Positions 63,502 to 64,000 of a DNA stretch of 64,000 bases are shown here, piece after piece. The stretch is from NCBI GenBank assembly GCA_965113315.1, contig OZ220382.1; one strand, written 5' to 3'. This DNA is from Podarcis vaucheri (taxonomy: Eukaryota). Numbering within the stretch: position 1 is the first letter of the stretch; each line of letters begins with the position of its first letter. The translations under genes and the position numbers were made by a program. The notes under the pieces were generated by a model. The model was not told where the DNA came from and did not search any database. It saw only the letters and a list, made by a program, of their open reading frames with translations.

Positions 63502-63712
63502 TGTCATGATCCACTAGATCCTGACTGGCTCAGAGCAGGAGTAGTGGTTGCTGTCAGATGAGGAAGAAGAAGAGGAGAGTGTGAAGGATGCATCAGCAGG
63601 GAGCAGCCAAGAGGGAGGGTGGAGTCTCTTCCCCTTTGTGTTTAAAAGCCAGGAAATGCAAGGCAGTTCCCAACAATGGGTCAACCAGCCAGGAGGGGAG
63701 ACTGAACAACTG
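63502..63712 (+). mobile_element. Probable 5' part of an LTR, cut by the following hAT element
   Basis: Starts TGTCATGA; has a WW..SDEEEEEE acidic segment like the other LTRs. Confidence 0.45.
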
Positions 63713-63914
63713 CAGGCTTGTCCAAGTTCCAAGAGACTGCAATCTATTCCCACAATTAAAAAAAAACTGGCGGTGATCTACCCACTGGATTGACCAAAGT
63801 TGTTCAGGTGGTTTTTTTGAAGGGGGATGGGAGGGGTCCCACGATCTACTGTGATCTACCACAGGCATCCCGCGATCTACCAGTAGATCACAATCTATCT
63901 GTTGGCCGTCCCTG
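63713..63914. mobile_element. hAT (MER30/Charlie-like) MITE
   Basis: Ends CAGGCTTGTCCAA / TTGGCCGTCCCTG; repeated GATCTAC subterminal motifs. Confidence 0.7.
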
Positions 63915-64000
63915 AACTAGATGAACTGCCCTGAGACCTTCGGGTATAGAGCGGTATATAAATTCAATAAATAATAATAGAGGGGCTGACCTCTGTCCTG

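Overview
Vertebrate genomic DNA from a squamate; the young Sauria-type SINEs suggest a lacertid lizard. Almost the whole window is one intron (>62 kb) of RALGPS1 on the + strand, and the only host exon seen is a 138-nt RasGEF-domain exon at 62480-62617. Nested antisense in this intron is a complete ANGPTL2 gene on the - strand. It has a probable non-coding exon 1 (~35898-36480), four coding exons (23968-24766, 11285-11478, 9648-9918, 8451-8650; 1464 nt, 487 aa, all GT-AG) and a 3' UTR running to about 7.0-7.4 kb. The rest is transposon debris: Sauria SINEs, CR1/L2/L1/RTE fragments, a truncated Gypsy element, solo LTRs, hAT and Tc1/mariner MITEs, microsatellites and a short interstitial telomeric repeat. 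The most interesting lead is a hypothesis. ANGPTL2 exon 2 is bracketed by ~99% identical inverted SINEs, and if it were back-spliced the 845-nt circle would be a single ORF ending on a TGA that overlaps its own ATG, giving a secreted coiled-coil-only protein. Other leads are a decayed accessory ORF shared by several LTRs, a non-canonically inserted Gypsy fragment, a candidate poison micro-exon and recursive splice site in RALGPS1, and a uORF-dense 5' leader. Repeat family names come from motif recognition, not database searches.
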